A stretch of DNA of 63,983 nt, filler included, from Diploschistes diacapsis (lineage: Eukaryota): NCBI GenBank assembly GCA_023645945.1. It is 12 parts of 12 records of this genome, joined end to end, with 100 filler letters (N's around TTAATTAATTAA, not from the genome) between each part and the next. Parts side by side here need not be neighbours in the genome. Positions count along the whole stretch, not along the records: positions 1 to 5,296 come from JALAIB010001573.1; positions 5,397 to 10,691 come from JALAIB010001574.1; positions 10,792 to 16,086 come from JALAIB010001575.1; 9 more parts are not named here. One strand, given 5' to 3'. The notes below the pieces were generated by a model. It was not told where the DNA came from. It searched no databases and worked only from the letters and a program-made list of their open reading frames with translations. The translations under genes were made by a program, and so were the position numbers. Positions 1 through 11,093 of the stretch are shown one piece after another; positions within the stretch are counted from its first letter, which is position 1, and each line of letters starts with the position of its first letter.

Positions 1-265
1 ACGGTAATATTTCGATAAATTTATTATAATATAATATCCGTAATAATATCGTGTTTAAAAAATTTTAACGATAATGTCCGTGGAAATGTTCGTGTTTTAA
101 ATTTTTTAACCGTAATGTCCGTGTCCGTGCTTTTATTATAGTATAGTATCCGTAGAAATGTCCGTGTTTTAAAATTTTAGCGATAATGTCCGTGGCAGTA
201 TCGTGTTTTAAAAATTTTCTCGGTAGTGTCCGTGGAAGTGTCCGTGGCACGAAACGGCCAGCCTA
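1..265. mobile_element. Putative DNA transposon terminus (hAT-like) with subterminal tandem repeats
   Basis: Many degenerate copies of ATGTCCGTG and CGTGTTTTAAAATTTT motifs ending abruptly at ...CACGAAACGGCCAGCCTA (reverse complement starts TAGGCTGGCC). The family assignment is inference. Confidence 0.4.
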
Positions 266-290
266 ATTGTAACTCGTACGAATCGAGAAG

Positions 291-335
291 GGTGTCCGCT
301 CGCTATGAGTGTCCGCTCGCTATGCATATACGTTA
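291..335. mobile_element. Fot1/pogo-type terminal inverted repeat followed by TA
   Basis: Two direct copies of GTGTCCGCTCGCTATG (292-307, 309-324), then CATATACGT|TA. An ACGT terminus, internal direct repeats and a TA target are typical of fungal Fot1/Tan1-like TIRs. Confidence 0.6.
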
Positions 336-349
336 AATGTCGGATTTAT

Positions 350-625
350 AATCCAACATTATTCGGCCCATAATCCAACACAATAATGGATCTAATTATC
401 TAACATTTATTGGATCCATGGTCCAAGCATTATTAGATCACTAATCTAATAATCAAGACCATCTGCAGTCCTCCCTAGTAATCCATGATACTAGTAGGAT
501 GTTCAACTGTTATTAATAAGAATGGTGATGTGTCCTGAAAGGTTAAAGAACCTTCAGGGTCCTACTAGTGATTAAGTAGTCAGACAGACTAACCCATTTA
601 GATTAATAATTTGATAATGGATGTT
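350..625. repeat. Dispersed repeat; related copies at ~4809-4985 (direct) and 48189-48315 (inverted)
   Basis: AATCCAACATTATTC and TATTGGATYCATGGT recur at 4809-4895. GTCCTGAAAGGTTAAAGAACCTTCAGGGTCCTACTAGTG is matched in reverse complement on contig 9. Confidence 0.75.
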
Positions 626-1202
626 CGGTTATTAGGGTCTGTTAGAGTACTAAGGTCACGATTTTAATCTTAATTTATAGAACTATTTCATATTCTTCAG
701 TTTCTACGGTTTAGCAGTCGCATAATTATATTAGGTATGTAAAGTATTTAGGTGCAGGAAGAAAACTAACCTAAATCTAAACTAGTTAAGTAAAGTTCCG
801 AACAGTTTAAGACAATTTTATAGGAAGATTTGTTTGTTCGCTTAATAACAGACCATGCAAGCATGATTGTGTTAACTTTTAAATTTCTATTAAACGACGT
901 TGATAATCGGAGCAATACATAGAGTCCAAGGCATAGATGCGAAGGAAACATTCCACCTAAGAGTGCCATCCACGATTCTCCCTTTCCCCCCCTGGAAGAA
1001 ACCAGAAACCCCGGCTTTGGACGGAAAAGGCTTCCTCTTGTAGATATTACACTAAGCATGTCTGTCCTAAGATTTGACTTGTATGTTAACCCGAATCTAC
1101 ATTTCAAAAAGAAGAGTCTATTAGAACCAGCATGGTTGTCTGTCTCATAAGGGACAAAAATGCTAAACTGTAACGAAATGAATATTTCCGCGTTAACATG
1201 TT

Positions 1203-1720
1203 CTATCGCCTCGATAATACGATCGTATTTAGTTGAGAAGGATCATTTTCATCTAATTCAGTCAAATCGATCTTGCAAGCGTATGAGTTGTGCCTAATTT
1301 CTCTGCAACGACTACAATGGTGCTTATTTAGTATCATTTTCGCTAGCCGATCGCTGTCATCCTGGCTGGAACTCGGAGCTGTGGTCAATGTGTCTATTAT
1401 ATTTCTAATCGCATAGGTCTTCTCGTTCTATATATGATTTCGTTTCTGCCTCTTTCGTTTTCTTGCCACCTCTTTTCACAGTAATACCAAATCATGTGCT
1501 ATTATTTGAGCACTTTTGGTAAGTCGTCCGATTCTGTCATTTAATGAGCTGGTAGATAGCCTGGACGGGCCTGTTTGCGGTTCTAAATTAATGTTAATTG
1601 CGCCTGCATCTCGCCGGCATTGCGTGGAGTCTTAGGCATCCAAGAAGTGGTGGGTTGTGAAACGGGGGTGCAGGTTGAAAACGTTTCAAAAAAGAAAGCC
1701 AATCTTGCAATAAAAATAGG
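1203..1720 (-). pseudogene. Decayed Fot1/pogo transposase, C-terminal part
   Basis: Minus-strand frames give TTSWMPKTPRNAGEMQAQL and the zinc knuckle HHCSRCREIRHNSYACK, both typical of Fot1-like transposase C-termini. The frames are broken by stops. Confidence 0.7.
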
Positions 1721-2287
1721 CGCGTGATAGAAGATTGAAGAAGACTTATAGCAAGTATAGTACGTTGGGCCCTCTGGGAGAAAAAGAGAATGGCAGCACG
1801 GCCTTTGCTTTTACCTTGAACTGGTTTAAGCACATGCCGTTCCTTTCTACATATAGTGATTTGGGACAACATGATAATTTTTTATAATTATAAATTCGTC
1901 GATATTGGCGTGAGGAACTCGATTTATCTCGCCTCGAGCTAGTCTTGAATACTGTTGAATGATGACCGAATTTCTTCGACATATTGCTTAAACAACCATA
2001 TCAATTGATTGTTACGATATGGTAGAAAGAATTTTCAGGAGTCCTGCCCTTTAAGACAATTTTTATTCATTATTAAGGCGTTGCCCATTGCAATGGATTT
2101 CGTGTAGAAGTTTTCGAATAGGCTCGCATCGGAGGTTGTCTTAAAGAGAATGGCAACCATTGCATGAATTGCCGATAGATTGGTGCCTGTGGTGTACTAT
2201 AGTGCGTAGAGATTACTTGAAAGACTCTCCCATTTACAAACAATAGAGTAATTTGGTTAAACCTTAAAAAGAAGATCTCCTGCTGAT

Positions 2288-3560
2288 AAATGGAATTTTA
2301 TCGAATCCGAAGTTATTATGGGCATCCTTGGATCTGGTACGGTTGTGAACGGATTCAACTCGAACCGCCAATAAACCAATATGCAAGCAAATATTTAGGA
2401 GTGAATCACCACAATCGACGCGATCAGCGCCAAAGGCTTGGTCATTTTAACTACAACGATCTTTAAGGGCAAATTGCATTACCCCTAAGCGATATAGGTT
2501 GAATTAATAACGATCTTAGACCACAGTACTAGAAGGAAGCCTTCCATTTAAGAGTTTCGATATCTGATCGTTATACATACCTAACCGTTATTTTAAGTTA
2601 AGTACCTTTTTGCGGGTAGATGCATCAAAAAGATATTTATAAACTAAAAGTAGTTATTTAGTAACTACATGCTCAGTTCTTTGTTTATATAGTTTTTATA
2701 TAGTTTATTCGAAAGCCCTAAATTAGTTTTATTGAATGATAGAGATTTTAATATTGATTCTAGCTTTGTTGGGTAGATTTCTGATTTCCATATAAATTGA
2801 GCTCCGTAGATTCAGCTCTTAGAAGCTCGAATATATAAACAAATTTGCTTATAGGGCCTGACCGAATCTATATTTAAGAACCCAACTCTATCTGTTATGA
2901 TTTGGATGAGATAATCTGAATATAAGTGGCAAATACTGGTTTTTGCGTCTGATCTGTTCTTGAACAGCGATCAGAGAAGTTGATTTTTTAATTTTTTATT
3001 AGTCTTATCTAACTAGATGCTAAGCTATTCAGCGCATTTTTTAGAATTAGAATTAGAGCTCTGATTGGTGAGGTCCTAGGGGTGCCTATTTTGCCCTAAA
3101 AATAGGCCCTTGCGCCGATCTATATAGTTTTAAGACGGGGTAGACGAGGATTATTAAATTGAGTTGGTATATTCGACTTAGTGAGGCGATTCGAATGAAC
3201 TATACGTCGATTGTGCATGTAATTTTGAACAATATTCGCTATATAACCGATTTGTTTTCTTAAGTATCTTTTTGGTGTATCTACCCACAAAAAGGTACTT
3301 AATTTAGGGTGACGGTTAAGTGTGTATGACGACGGTTAGGTGTCGAAAGCTTTTATATACGAACAAGTTTAAATAATTGAGCGTGCATCCGATGTTAATT
3401 ATGCATAGTTATAACAGTCACGTCTGGCCTTAATTTGATCTGGCCTGCGAGGAACGGAGCATAATATTCCTTTGTACAGCCTTTCATTTAAGTTATCTAT
3501 TGCAGCCGTTAGATGTAGGTCTTTTACCCATTTTGAAGAGACAGTATATTAAAGGGCTCG
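2288..3560 (+). pseudogene. Decayed Fot1/pogo DDE transposase, interrupted by a TIR element
   Basis: Plus-strand relics: WNFIESEVIMG (cf. WNFDETGFMMG), E*ITTIDAISAKGLVILTTTIFKGK, HSYNSHV (cf. DGHNSH) and HLSYLLQPLDVGLL (QPLDV motif). Confidence 0.75.
2550..3356. mobile_element. Non-autonomous TIR element (MITE-like), ~0.8 kb
   Basis: Imperfect ~90-bp inverted repeats at 2551-2640 and 3261-3355 (AAGTACCTTTTTGCGGGTAGATGCATCAAAAAGATA / TATCTTTTTGGTGTATCTACCCACAAAAAGGTACTT). Differences are mostly transitions. Confidence 0.75.
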
Positions 3561-3765
3561 GAAACATGATCAGATTGGGCATAAATTAAATCTGTAAATA
3601 CAGCACGAATTTTACCTGGCTGATACTACTAAGCCTGATCGCGATTAGGGAGAAAATTTCAGAATTGATTCCTCTGAATAACTGACAAAATAGTTTTATA
3701 TAGGATACAAGATAAATAGCCGTCATGAATTGCTATCAAGAGATACTTGACTGGGTGTAAATTTT

Positions 3766-4257
3766 CTATTCTAATCGATCAAACTTCTTTTTCATGGTGT
3801 TCAGGTTTTTAAGATCTTTCGCCGAGGAATGGATTGGGATCAATTCGTTGATTAACGTGAGACCCTCCGTTTTTGCGCCCGGTTTCTTCTGGAACGCAGC
3901 CTGCGCGTAGAGTTTTACTATTTGTCTATATTTTTGCTCGGCTTCCTGCTTTGAGATGGAGGTCACACTTGTTGGCTTTAAAAATTTGGAAAAGAGTGGA
4001 TCTCGTCGCTGATGAGTCACCATTTGGTTATGCGCGACATCACCGAATCTAGAAAATGGGACAACTGTATCTCGAATGGACAAATGGCCTTTAAAGGTAG
4101 TGGAATCCATGTCGACACTATCCGCGAACGGCCCGAGATATTCAAATCCGCCGTCCATGGACGCTGTGTTTCGGAGATATAAACAATCTTGCGTCTGCCG
4201 TGCTAGAACTAGCGTTACAGGCGGAAGTATTAGAGCTCCGGCAGCAACCAGATTCAT
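3766..4257 (-). CDS. Hypothetical 163-aa ORF within the transposon nest
   Basis: Uninterrupted ORF with protein-like composition in otherwise stop-rich DNA. No recognised motif. Confidence 0.3.
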   Translation of the reverse strand: MNLVAAGALILPPVTLVLARQTQDCLYLRNTASMDGGFEYLGPFADSVDMDSTTFKGHLSIRDTVVPFSRFGDVAHNQMVTHQRRDPLFSKFLKPTSVTSISKQEAEQKYRQIVKLYAQAAFQKKPGAKTEGLTLINELIPIHSSAKDLKNLNTMKKKFDRLE

Positions 4258-5004
4258 TTTGAAATCTGAGATTCTTTAGCTACTGTCTATTGTGTGCGCA
4301 GCTGTTAAGTGATAACGTTATAGTGTATGATGAGAAAATCCTGTGATCCTACCAGATCGAGGAATCAAAGATTCTGAGTATCAGGTGCTGCAATATCTGA
4401 ACAGGGCGGGAGATGACCCTAAATAGGCAATAATGACTAGTGGAATAACTGCTGAATACAATAATAATGCTTTATTATTGTCGGAGGTAATGAATAAAGA
4501 TGAAGATAGAGGGATAGAGATGAAGATTAAAGCTGTAAATGGTGGGAGGTGAAAGATCTTTTATAAATACTTTCCCTGATCATGTAACAGCGGGGGTAGT
4601 GCCTAATAAGTAGCAACTATCCCACTGAGCTAAAAGACTGACACAATGCTTTCAGGAACCCCGAAGCACTGTTTCCTTATTATACTATATGTAGGTGCGT
4701 GGCTGTGGCAGCAGGGGGACCTGAACCCCAGTGCGCACACTGCGGGCGTTATAGATCATTATTAGTGATCAATATTACCTAGTAATCTTTATTAATGTTA
4801 AATCTTCTAATCCAACATTATTCAACCCACAATCCAGCATAAATATTGGATTCATGGTTTAAATATTATTGGATCATTAATTTAATAATTTAAAGATCCT
4901 TTTTAATAGCCCCTAGTTATTAAAATAATCGATTATTAATAATAGGACGTTAAACTGTTGTCAATAATATGTTAAATAATTGTTAATAACGCGTCTTCAT
5001 CACG

Positions 5005-5215
5005 AAAAGTTTTTGGCGGCGAAACACCGCGAAAATCCGCGAGGTTGGCGAAACCGGCGAAACCGGCAAGGTGGGCGACAGATAATGCGTTCAAGCGACT
5101 TGCCGTGTTTCGCTAAACATTTTGGCGAAACGTGGCGAAACCGGCGAAATCGGCGAAACCGGCGAAACCTGGCGAAACCGGCGAAACTGGCGAAACTTAA
5201 CGAAACCGGCGAGGT
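5005..5215. repeat. Tandem GGCGAAACC repeat array, probably a transposon subterminal region
   Basis: About a dozen copies of (G)GCGAAACC form a GC-rich island in AT-rich DNA. Confidence 0.7.
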
Positions 5216-5296
5216 CAATCATTTTATACTTATATTTAGCTTAATTATTACTCGTTTCGCATCTTTCACAAATATAATTATTTATTATTATAACAC

Positions 5297-5396
5297 NNNN
5301 NNNNNNNNNNNNNNNNNNNNNNNNNNNNNNNNNNNNNNNNTTAATTAATTAANNNNNNNNNNNNNNNNNNNNNNNNNNNNNNNNNNNNNNNNNNNN
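5297..5396. other. Artificial contig spacer N44-TTAATTAATTAA-N44. Also at 10692, 16087, 21468, 26844, 32219, 37594, 42968, 48338, 53698 and 59055.
   Basis: Identical 100-bp linker with stop codons in all six frames, occurring 11 times. Confidence 0.99.
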
Positions 5397-6257
5397 TGGG
5401 ATGGGATGGGATGGGAGAAAAGTAGGGGAGGGACTTAGCTGGACTGGACCGGACTGTGTTGAGGGTAAAGAGACATGCAGAAAAAGAAGAGGAGGAAGAA
5501 GAAGTAAAAGAAAAAGGAAGGAAGGAAGAAAGAAAGAAAAGGGAAAAACTGGACCAGAGGAATTTAGAGCTGGGATGGAGCTGGAAATCAAAACTGAAAA
5601 CAGGAACAGGGAAGGGACAGAGCAAATTAAAAATAAAAACAGAACGACCATTAATGGAGGACGGGAAAGAGATGTGAATAAAGAATGGGGAACGGGAGTA
5701 GAGGTGGAAACAGCGTAGATAAACATGTTGTCTGCAATATTTTTATGCCGTCTAAGGAAAGAGAGATAGACGACGCGAACGGAGTCTTACGGATAGGGGT
5801 CGACATCAGCATGCCCGATGAAAGCCATATAAAATTATACAAGTTTGAGGCAGGGTGTGGTGTGGTATAGAAAAACATAGCGCACAGCCGTGGCTATGGC
5901 TATTGCTACAGTAATAGCCACAGTCCTAGCCATAGCCACAAATATAGATCCAAAGGCGTGGGACTTGAGACATTTATGTACACACAGGTAGGTAGGTAGG
6001 TAGGTAGGCATATAGATGTAGATATATCAGGTATATAAATAAAGAAATAAGATCCCGCGTCCTACCTGCTCCGCGTCCCTCCCGAGCTCTGGATTTCCAT
6101 CTCAATGGGCTGACTCCTCACGCACGGCCGCTGCCATGGCAGTATCATAGCAGCAGCAGAGGAGGCCAGCCACGACTCATCATGATCCGAGAAAAGAGGG
6201 GTCTCCTAGGCCGTCACACTCTCGACAGTAGTAACGGGGCCTTTCTGTGCTAAGCAA

Positions 6258-8397
6258 TCAACATCTTCCACTGATCTTTCCCGCAAGACAGACCCTTGGC
6301 CAAGATCTGGTGCTAGTACGATGAAGAAGAAGACGAGGAGGAGGAGCCGCAGCTGCATCCCGCCTTCTGGTTGCTGTAGCCGCTCATGGCGGTCGTTTGG
6401 AGGGGGGTGCCGGCTACTTTGAAGGGGCTATCGGGGAAAGAGAGTGTTGGGTCAGCGGAGGGGCGCTAAGTAGTTGGAGAAGGGAGGTGAGAGATGAGGG
6501 GGAAGGGCGAAGGGTGAAGGGGGAGGCCAGAGGCGATGGGTTAGGATGGGAAAGGTGACGGGGAAGCGTGAAAGATGGAGGAAAAGGAGGAGGGAAGAGA
6601 GAGGAATGGAAAGAAGGGTGAAGGAAATAGAAGAAGAAGAATGGGGAAGAGGTAGGAGGACGAGGAAAAGAGGAAGGAAAGACCGGGTATATCTTACTGG
6701 GCTTCGGTGTTGAAGACGAATCGTTCCTGGCCCTGGTAGTTGACCTGGAAGGGACCATCCTGTGCACCAAATCAGCACCGTCATGCCTCGCCACCAACAA
6801 AAGGGGTCAAAGACTTGAACAGCTGGGGGAAACACTCACCACATCATGAATAACGTACGCATACTTCATAACCTCCGCAAACAAAAAGCTCTCCTGCAGA
6901 TCCCCCTTCGAGCCACCCCCGACGGTATTGACATCGTTGATCTCGCTGAACCCGCTGCCCGTCCTCGTGCTCGCGTTGATGGCCTGGAAGGCCTCCCAGC
7001 TCCACTCCTGATACTTCTGCTGGCCCGTCGCGCGGTACGCATAGTACAGACTCTCCAGGTACTCGGGCCTCAGATCGTAGATCGAATCCGTAATATAGAA
7101 CCCGTGCGCCTCCCAGAAGCTCTCGTCGCCCGACGGCACGCTACTGTTGTCCCACGAGAACACCTCCGGGCCAATGCCCGTCGCCGTGCTGGCGTACGTG
7201 TTGCGGCAGCCCTCGACGAGGGCGAGGCCGAAATCCGTATAGTTCTGCTGGCCGAGCACGAGGCCGCCGAGGATGAAGTTGCCGCCGTCGAAGCAGGCGA
7301 GGTGCTCCGAAGTCTCGATCGTGGACGTGTTGCTGAACTCGGCCAGGTACGTGATGTTGGGCTTGGTCGACGGGTGCGAGGCCAGGTACTGGATCGTCGA
7401 GTCCGCGGCCGCCATCCACCGCGTCTTGTACTCGCCGAAGCGCGATTGGTCGTACACGTACATCTTCAGCAGGTACTCGTAGAAGGAGTCGGCGCCGCCG
7501 ACCCAGCCGCCCGTGGCATCCAGGAATTCGCCGGAGGTGATGTTCACGTTGCTGCCGACCAGTCCGGGGAAGGGTTCCGCCCACGACGGTTGTGGGTGGA
7601 GGAGGTACGACTCGCCCGTCTGCGAGAGGTTCGCGTACAGCGGATTGCCCGTCAGGTCGGATAGATGCGTCCATTCCAGCACGAGGGAGCCGATCGTTGC
7701 AAGATCATTGGTGGGCGAGGAATCGGCAACGGTTTGGGGGTCGATGTTGAGGTCGTTGTACGGAATGCCGGTTGTGGTGTTGAAGGCAAATTTGAGCGTG
7801 TTGGCGAGGGTGACGGATTGGGAGACCAGCGCTTCGACGTTGCTGCTGCTGTTGGTGGTAAGGTTGGCAAATGGGCCTTTGAGCAGGTCGTAGCCCGAGA
7901 GCATGCCGGCGAGGTAGCGGATGGTGGTCTCGAAGAGGGAGCATGTGGTGCTGGTCTGGGTGTAGTCGACGGTGGCAAGGTGGTTGAGGATGACGTCTAC
8001 GATGGTGGCGTTCCGCATGATGATTGCCGTGCTGAGGGCGTCTGCCGCACTGGCGCCCCATCCGTTACTACGGAGGCCGGGTTAGCTACGCGTATGCTTA
8101 CCACCACCCCTGGCGAGCTGATCCATATTTTTCAGCCATGTAGACTTACCGCGAGTTTCCATATGTGTTGCTGACGGGATGGAGCTCGTCGTTGGGAAAG
8201 GCATACGTGAAGTAGCCATCCCAGGCGAACTCAAAGGCCTCCTTGACCGCTGCCGCGCGCTTCTTCTGTACGGCAATCTGCTCAGAGTCACAGCTGCATC
8301 CGCTCCGGGCCAGCAGGCCCTCATCTGCCACGGAATGTTCATAAGCCGGGGCTGCCAAGGCAGAGCCGATCAAGGTGAGGAGGAGTAGGAGGCGCAT
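6258..8397 (-). CDS. Class I alpha-1,2-mannosidase (GH47), secreted MsdS-like, 4 exons
   Basis: Signal peptide [11 protein letters not shown]; motifs [70 protein letters not shown] and FNTEAHP. Introns at ~8068-8149, ~6760-6839 and ~6429-6698. Confidence 0.95.
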
Positions 8398-11093
8398 CTC
8401 GGCGATTCTGAGTCTCTCGGAGCAAATGATTCGAATTGAAGGGAGTGTCGATGAGGGTAGGACTGCCAGAGGCAACTTATAATGGTGCTCCTCGGGTAGT
8501 ATCTCCTTCACTATCTCATCGAAGTAGAAAGTCGTCTGATCAAAAAGTGATTCAAGCTAATGAGAACGCGTGTGACCAGGGGCACGTCCGAAGCTATGAA
8601 AGTTGAGAAGTTAAAGAACGAGCATGGGTTTTGCAACCCTATGCAATGCCAGAGAAGCAAGTACCGGTGTTCTCGTGGAAGAAATTTGGGTTGCGCAGAG
8701 GAAAGACAGAACAGAGGCAAAAGCCGCACAGCAGACAGCAGACAGCAGAGCAGCAGAGCAGCAGAGCAGCAGACATTTGCCTCTCTCTACTCCTGGCGCA
8801 GAGTTCAAGAAGACAAGAGAAGCAGACAAGGCAAACGGCTATATACCCACCTATTGTCCAATCACTTTGGCTTGCCGACATAACATGCTCAAATTACGCG
8901 ATACTCCAGGTCGCGGATGTACAGCAGCACCTACCTTGAACAGCATCACTTCCACGCGTGGCAGAAGACCCCAGGTTCATGCTCGATGGCCAAAGCTCTC
9001 TGTCCGCATTTCTGGACGCAGATACGAGGAGCTCGAAGCTGGGGTCGCCAAGCATGCAGTTTGATCCGGTGGTACACATGCTCGTCAGTAAATACCGAGC
9101 TTGTTGGAGAGCCGGAAGCAGTCTCGCGGTCATCTGAGAGCGTAGTGGTTAGGAGACTCAAGCTCTAGCAAGTGGAGGTGGACGCTTCTTGTATGCCTGT
9201 TGCCGTGAGCGCATTCCGAGGTGCATGATTCTGTAGGAAATGCAGTTGTTTGCGTGACCTCGATGCTGAGAATGATGCTTTTTGCAGCATGCCAAACGGG
9301 TAGGAAAGCAAAAAACCCAGAAGTTGGCAATCGAGGACTGTGGCTTCGATCAAGTGCTGGAAGCACCTGCACCGTTGGGTTCCTGCTAAGCACGCACGGC
9401 TACTGTGTGAGATGGGCCGTTGGGGGTGGCTTAACGAAAAATCATAGGAAACCAACCTTTAGAGAAGGTCGAGTAGTTTATTGATGCAAAGAGCGCTGCT
9501 GATGTTAACGAAGAAGATGAAACTAACCGTTCCCAACGACGAGGGTTCTTCGACTTTCGGCTGTCCACCAAACGTGCGAGCATCTTACCGGTTCTGTAAC
9601 GAAGTAACACTTAGCACACTGTGTATCTAGAGGCGAAGTGTGCATTGCGGACATAGTCCCGTTCAAAATCAGCCGTGCGCAGGGTCCTTCCCTTAAGGCC
9701 ACCTTCCTCAGCATCATCATACATACACACATACCCGCCGATTGATATGCAGACTATTGACTCACTCCTCACTCCAGTACCGGCCCCAAATCGTCAATCC
9801 AACCGGCCAGCGGCTAACTTCGGCTTCTTCTCAGCATCCCCAACTTCTGCAACGTTATCTCAACGGACAAAGCCGCTGCTGCAATCAAGACCCACAACCT
9901 CGACAGGGCATCCAAGGAAAGCTCCAAAGCAAGACGAAGCTTCAGAAGAACGTCGACCGCTTGACTCGGATGCTTGGTAAGTCAGTCAGTCAGTCAGTCA
10001 GCCAGTCAGTGAGTGCCCCGGCATGATCACAATCCTTACACACCCCCAACAGCGTTAACGTTGCAGCCACGCCACTTCAGCGGTCTTGGTTTAGCCTGGT
10101 GCGCGGGGTGCTGAGGCCAAATGCAAAAACAAGCAGGAGAGACAAGACAGGAGGTCGAAGCTTTAGATGATATTTGGGGGCCGGCAGTTGACACAGAAAC
10201 TAGCTGGGTTCGGGAAGAGGGGGGGGATGGTGGTTAGCTTCCCCCCTCGGCATCCTTCCCACTTACCTTAACTACCCGTCCCGTAAGGTAGACTAAGACT
10301 ACCGTGTCTTGGTTGTGTGTGTGCGGGGGGGGGAGAGAAAACGTTCTGGATTATTACACGGAATATGTCGTGTGCACAGAGCACGCGCAGATGGGGGGGG
10401 AGCTCGTGCCCACCAGTCAAACAAACGGTGGCCGTGGCGGCCCGGCCATAGCGCCCACCCACTACCCCTCCTCAAGCCCAAGCCAAAAGCCAAAAGCCAA
10501 AGGCCAAGGCGGGCCCGCCGCTTCCGTCGAATGCCGCCCGGCGTTTCCTGGCGTGACGACCACTTCCAAGTCTGGTACGCCCCTGTTCTAATCAATAATC
10601 AAGCTGGGGAAGGACATCGATATGATATGAGCCTTTCTGTAAGTCGTATAGTGGGAGGTACCGTAGGGTCGTTGGGTTCAATTCTGTGAAGNNNNNNNNN
10701 NNNNNNNNNNNNNNNNNNNNNNNNNNNNNNNNNNNTTAATTAATTAANNNNNNNNNNNNNNNNNNNNNNNNNNNNNNNNNNNNNNNNNNNNCCCCCCCAC
10801 CTGCACCCGCCTTCCCCGTTGAGGTTAGAGAGTGTCCGGTGACTAAGCTAGCGGGCTCGGTAGGGATCAATCACCGTAATCAATTACACAGTCAGTTAAT
10901 CTCGGTCGCCTGCTCACACCTCTTGCTTCCTACTACTACTACCACTACTATATTTCAGCCTTGACCGACTGACTGGCAGACAGACATTGGACCTCTTGGT
11001 CTTCTTGCCTTTTGCTTATTATCCCATTCTTCTACTCACATATGAGTTCTTCGCTATTGTCCAGTTCTTCGACTTTTCCACCACCAAACCAAA

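Noticed and set aside
1..260. CRISPR-like repeat array
   Set aside because: The repeats are degenerate and tandem with no unique spacers, there are no cas genes, and the context is eukaryotic.
4980..5348. ORFs with RNRRNR/RRFRRF repeats
   Set aside because: They are by-products of the 9-bp GGCGAAACC tandem repeat.
5341..5352. TTAATTAATTAA palindrome recurring every ~5.4 kb as a biological periodic repeat
   Set aside because: It is always embedded in N44 runs and is an assembly linker.
6846..8174. Long antisense and alternative-frame ORFs over GH47 (similarly 37728-38777 and 58215-59039)
   Set aside because: Shadow ORFs caused by high GC3 in the real genes.
8511..10689. Numerous short ORFs upstream of GH47
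   Set aside because: No recognisable motifs; microsatellites (CAGT, GCAGA) are present; probably intergenic.
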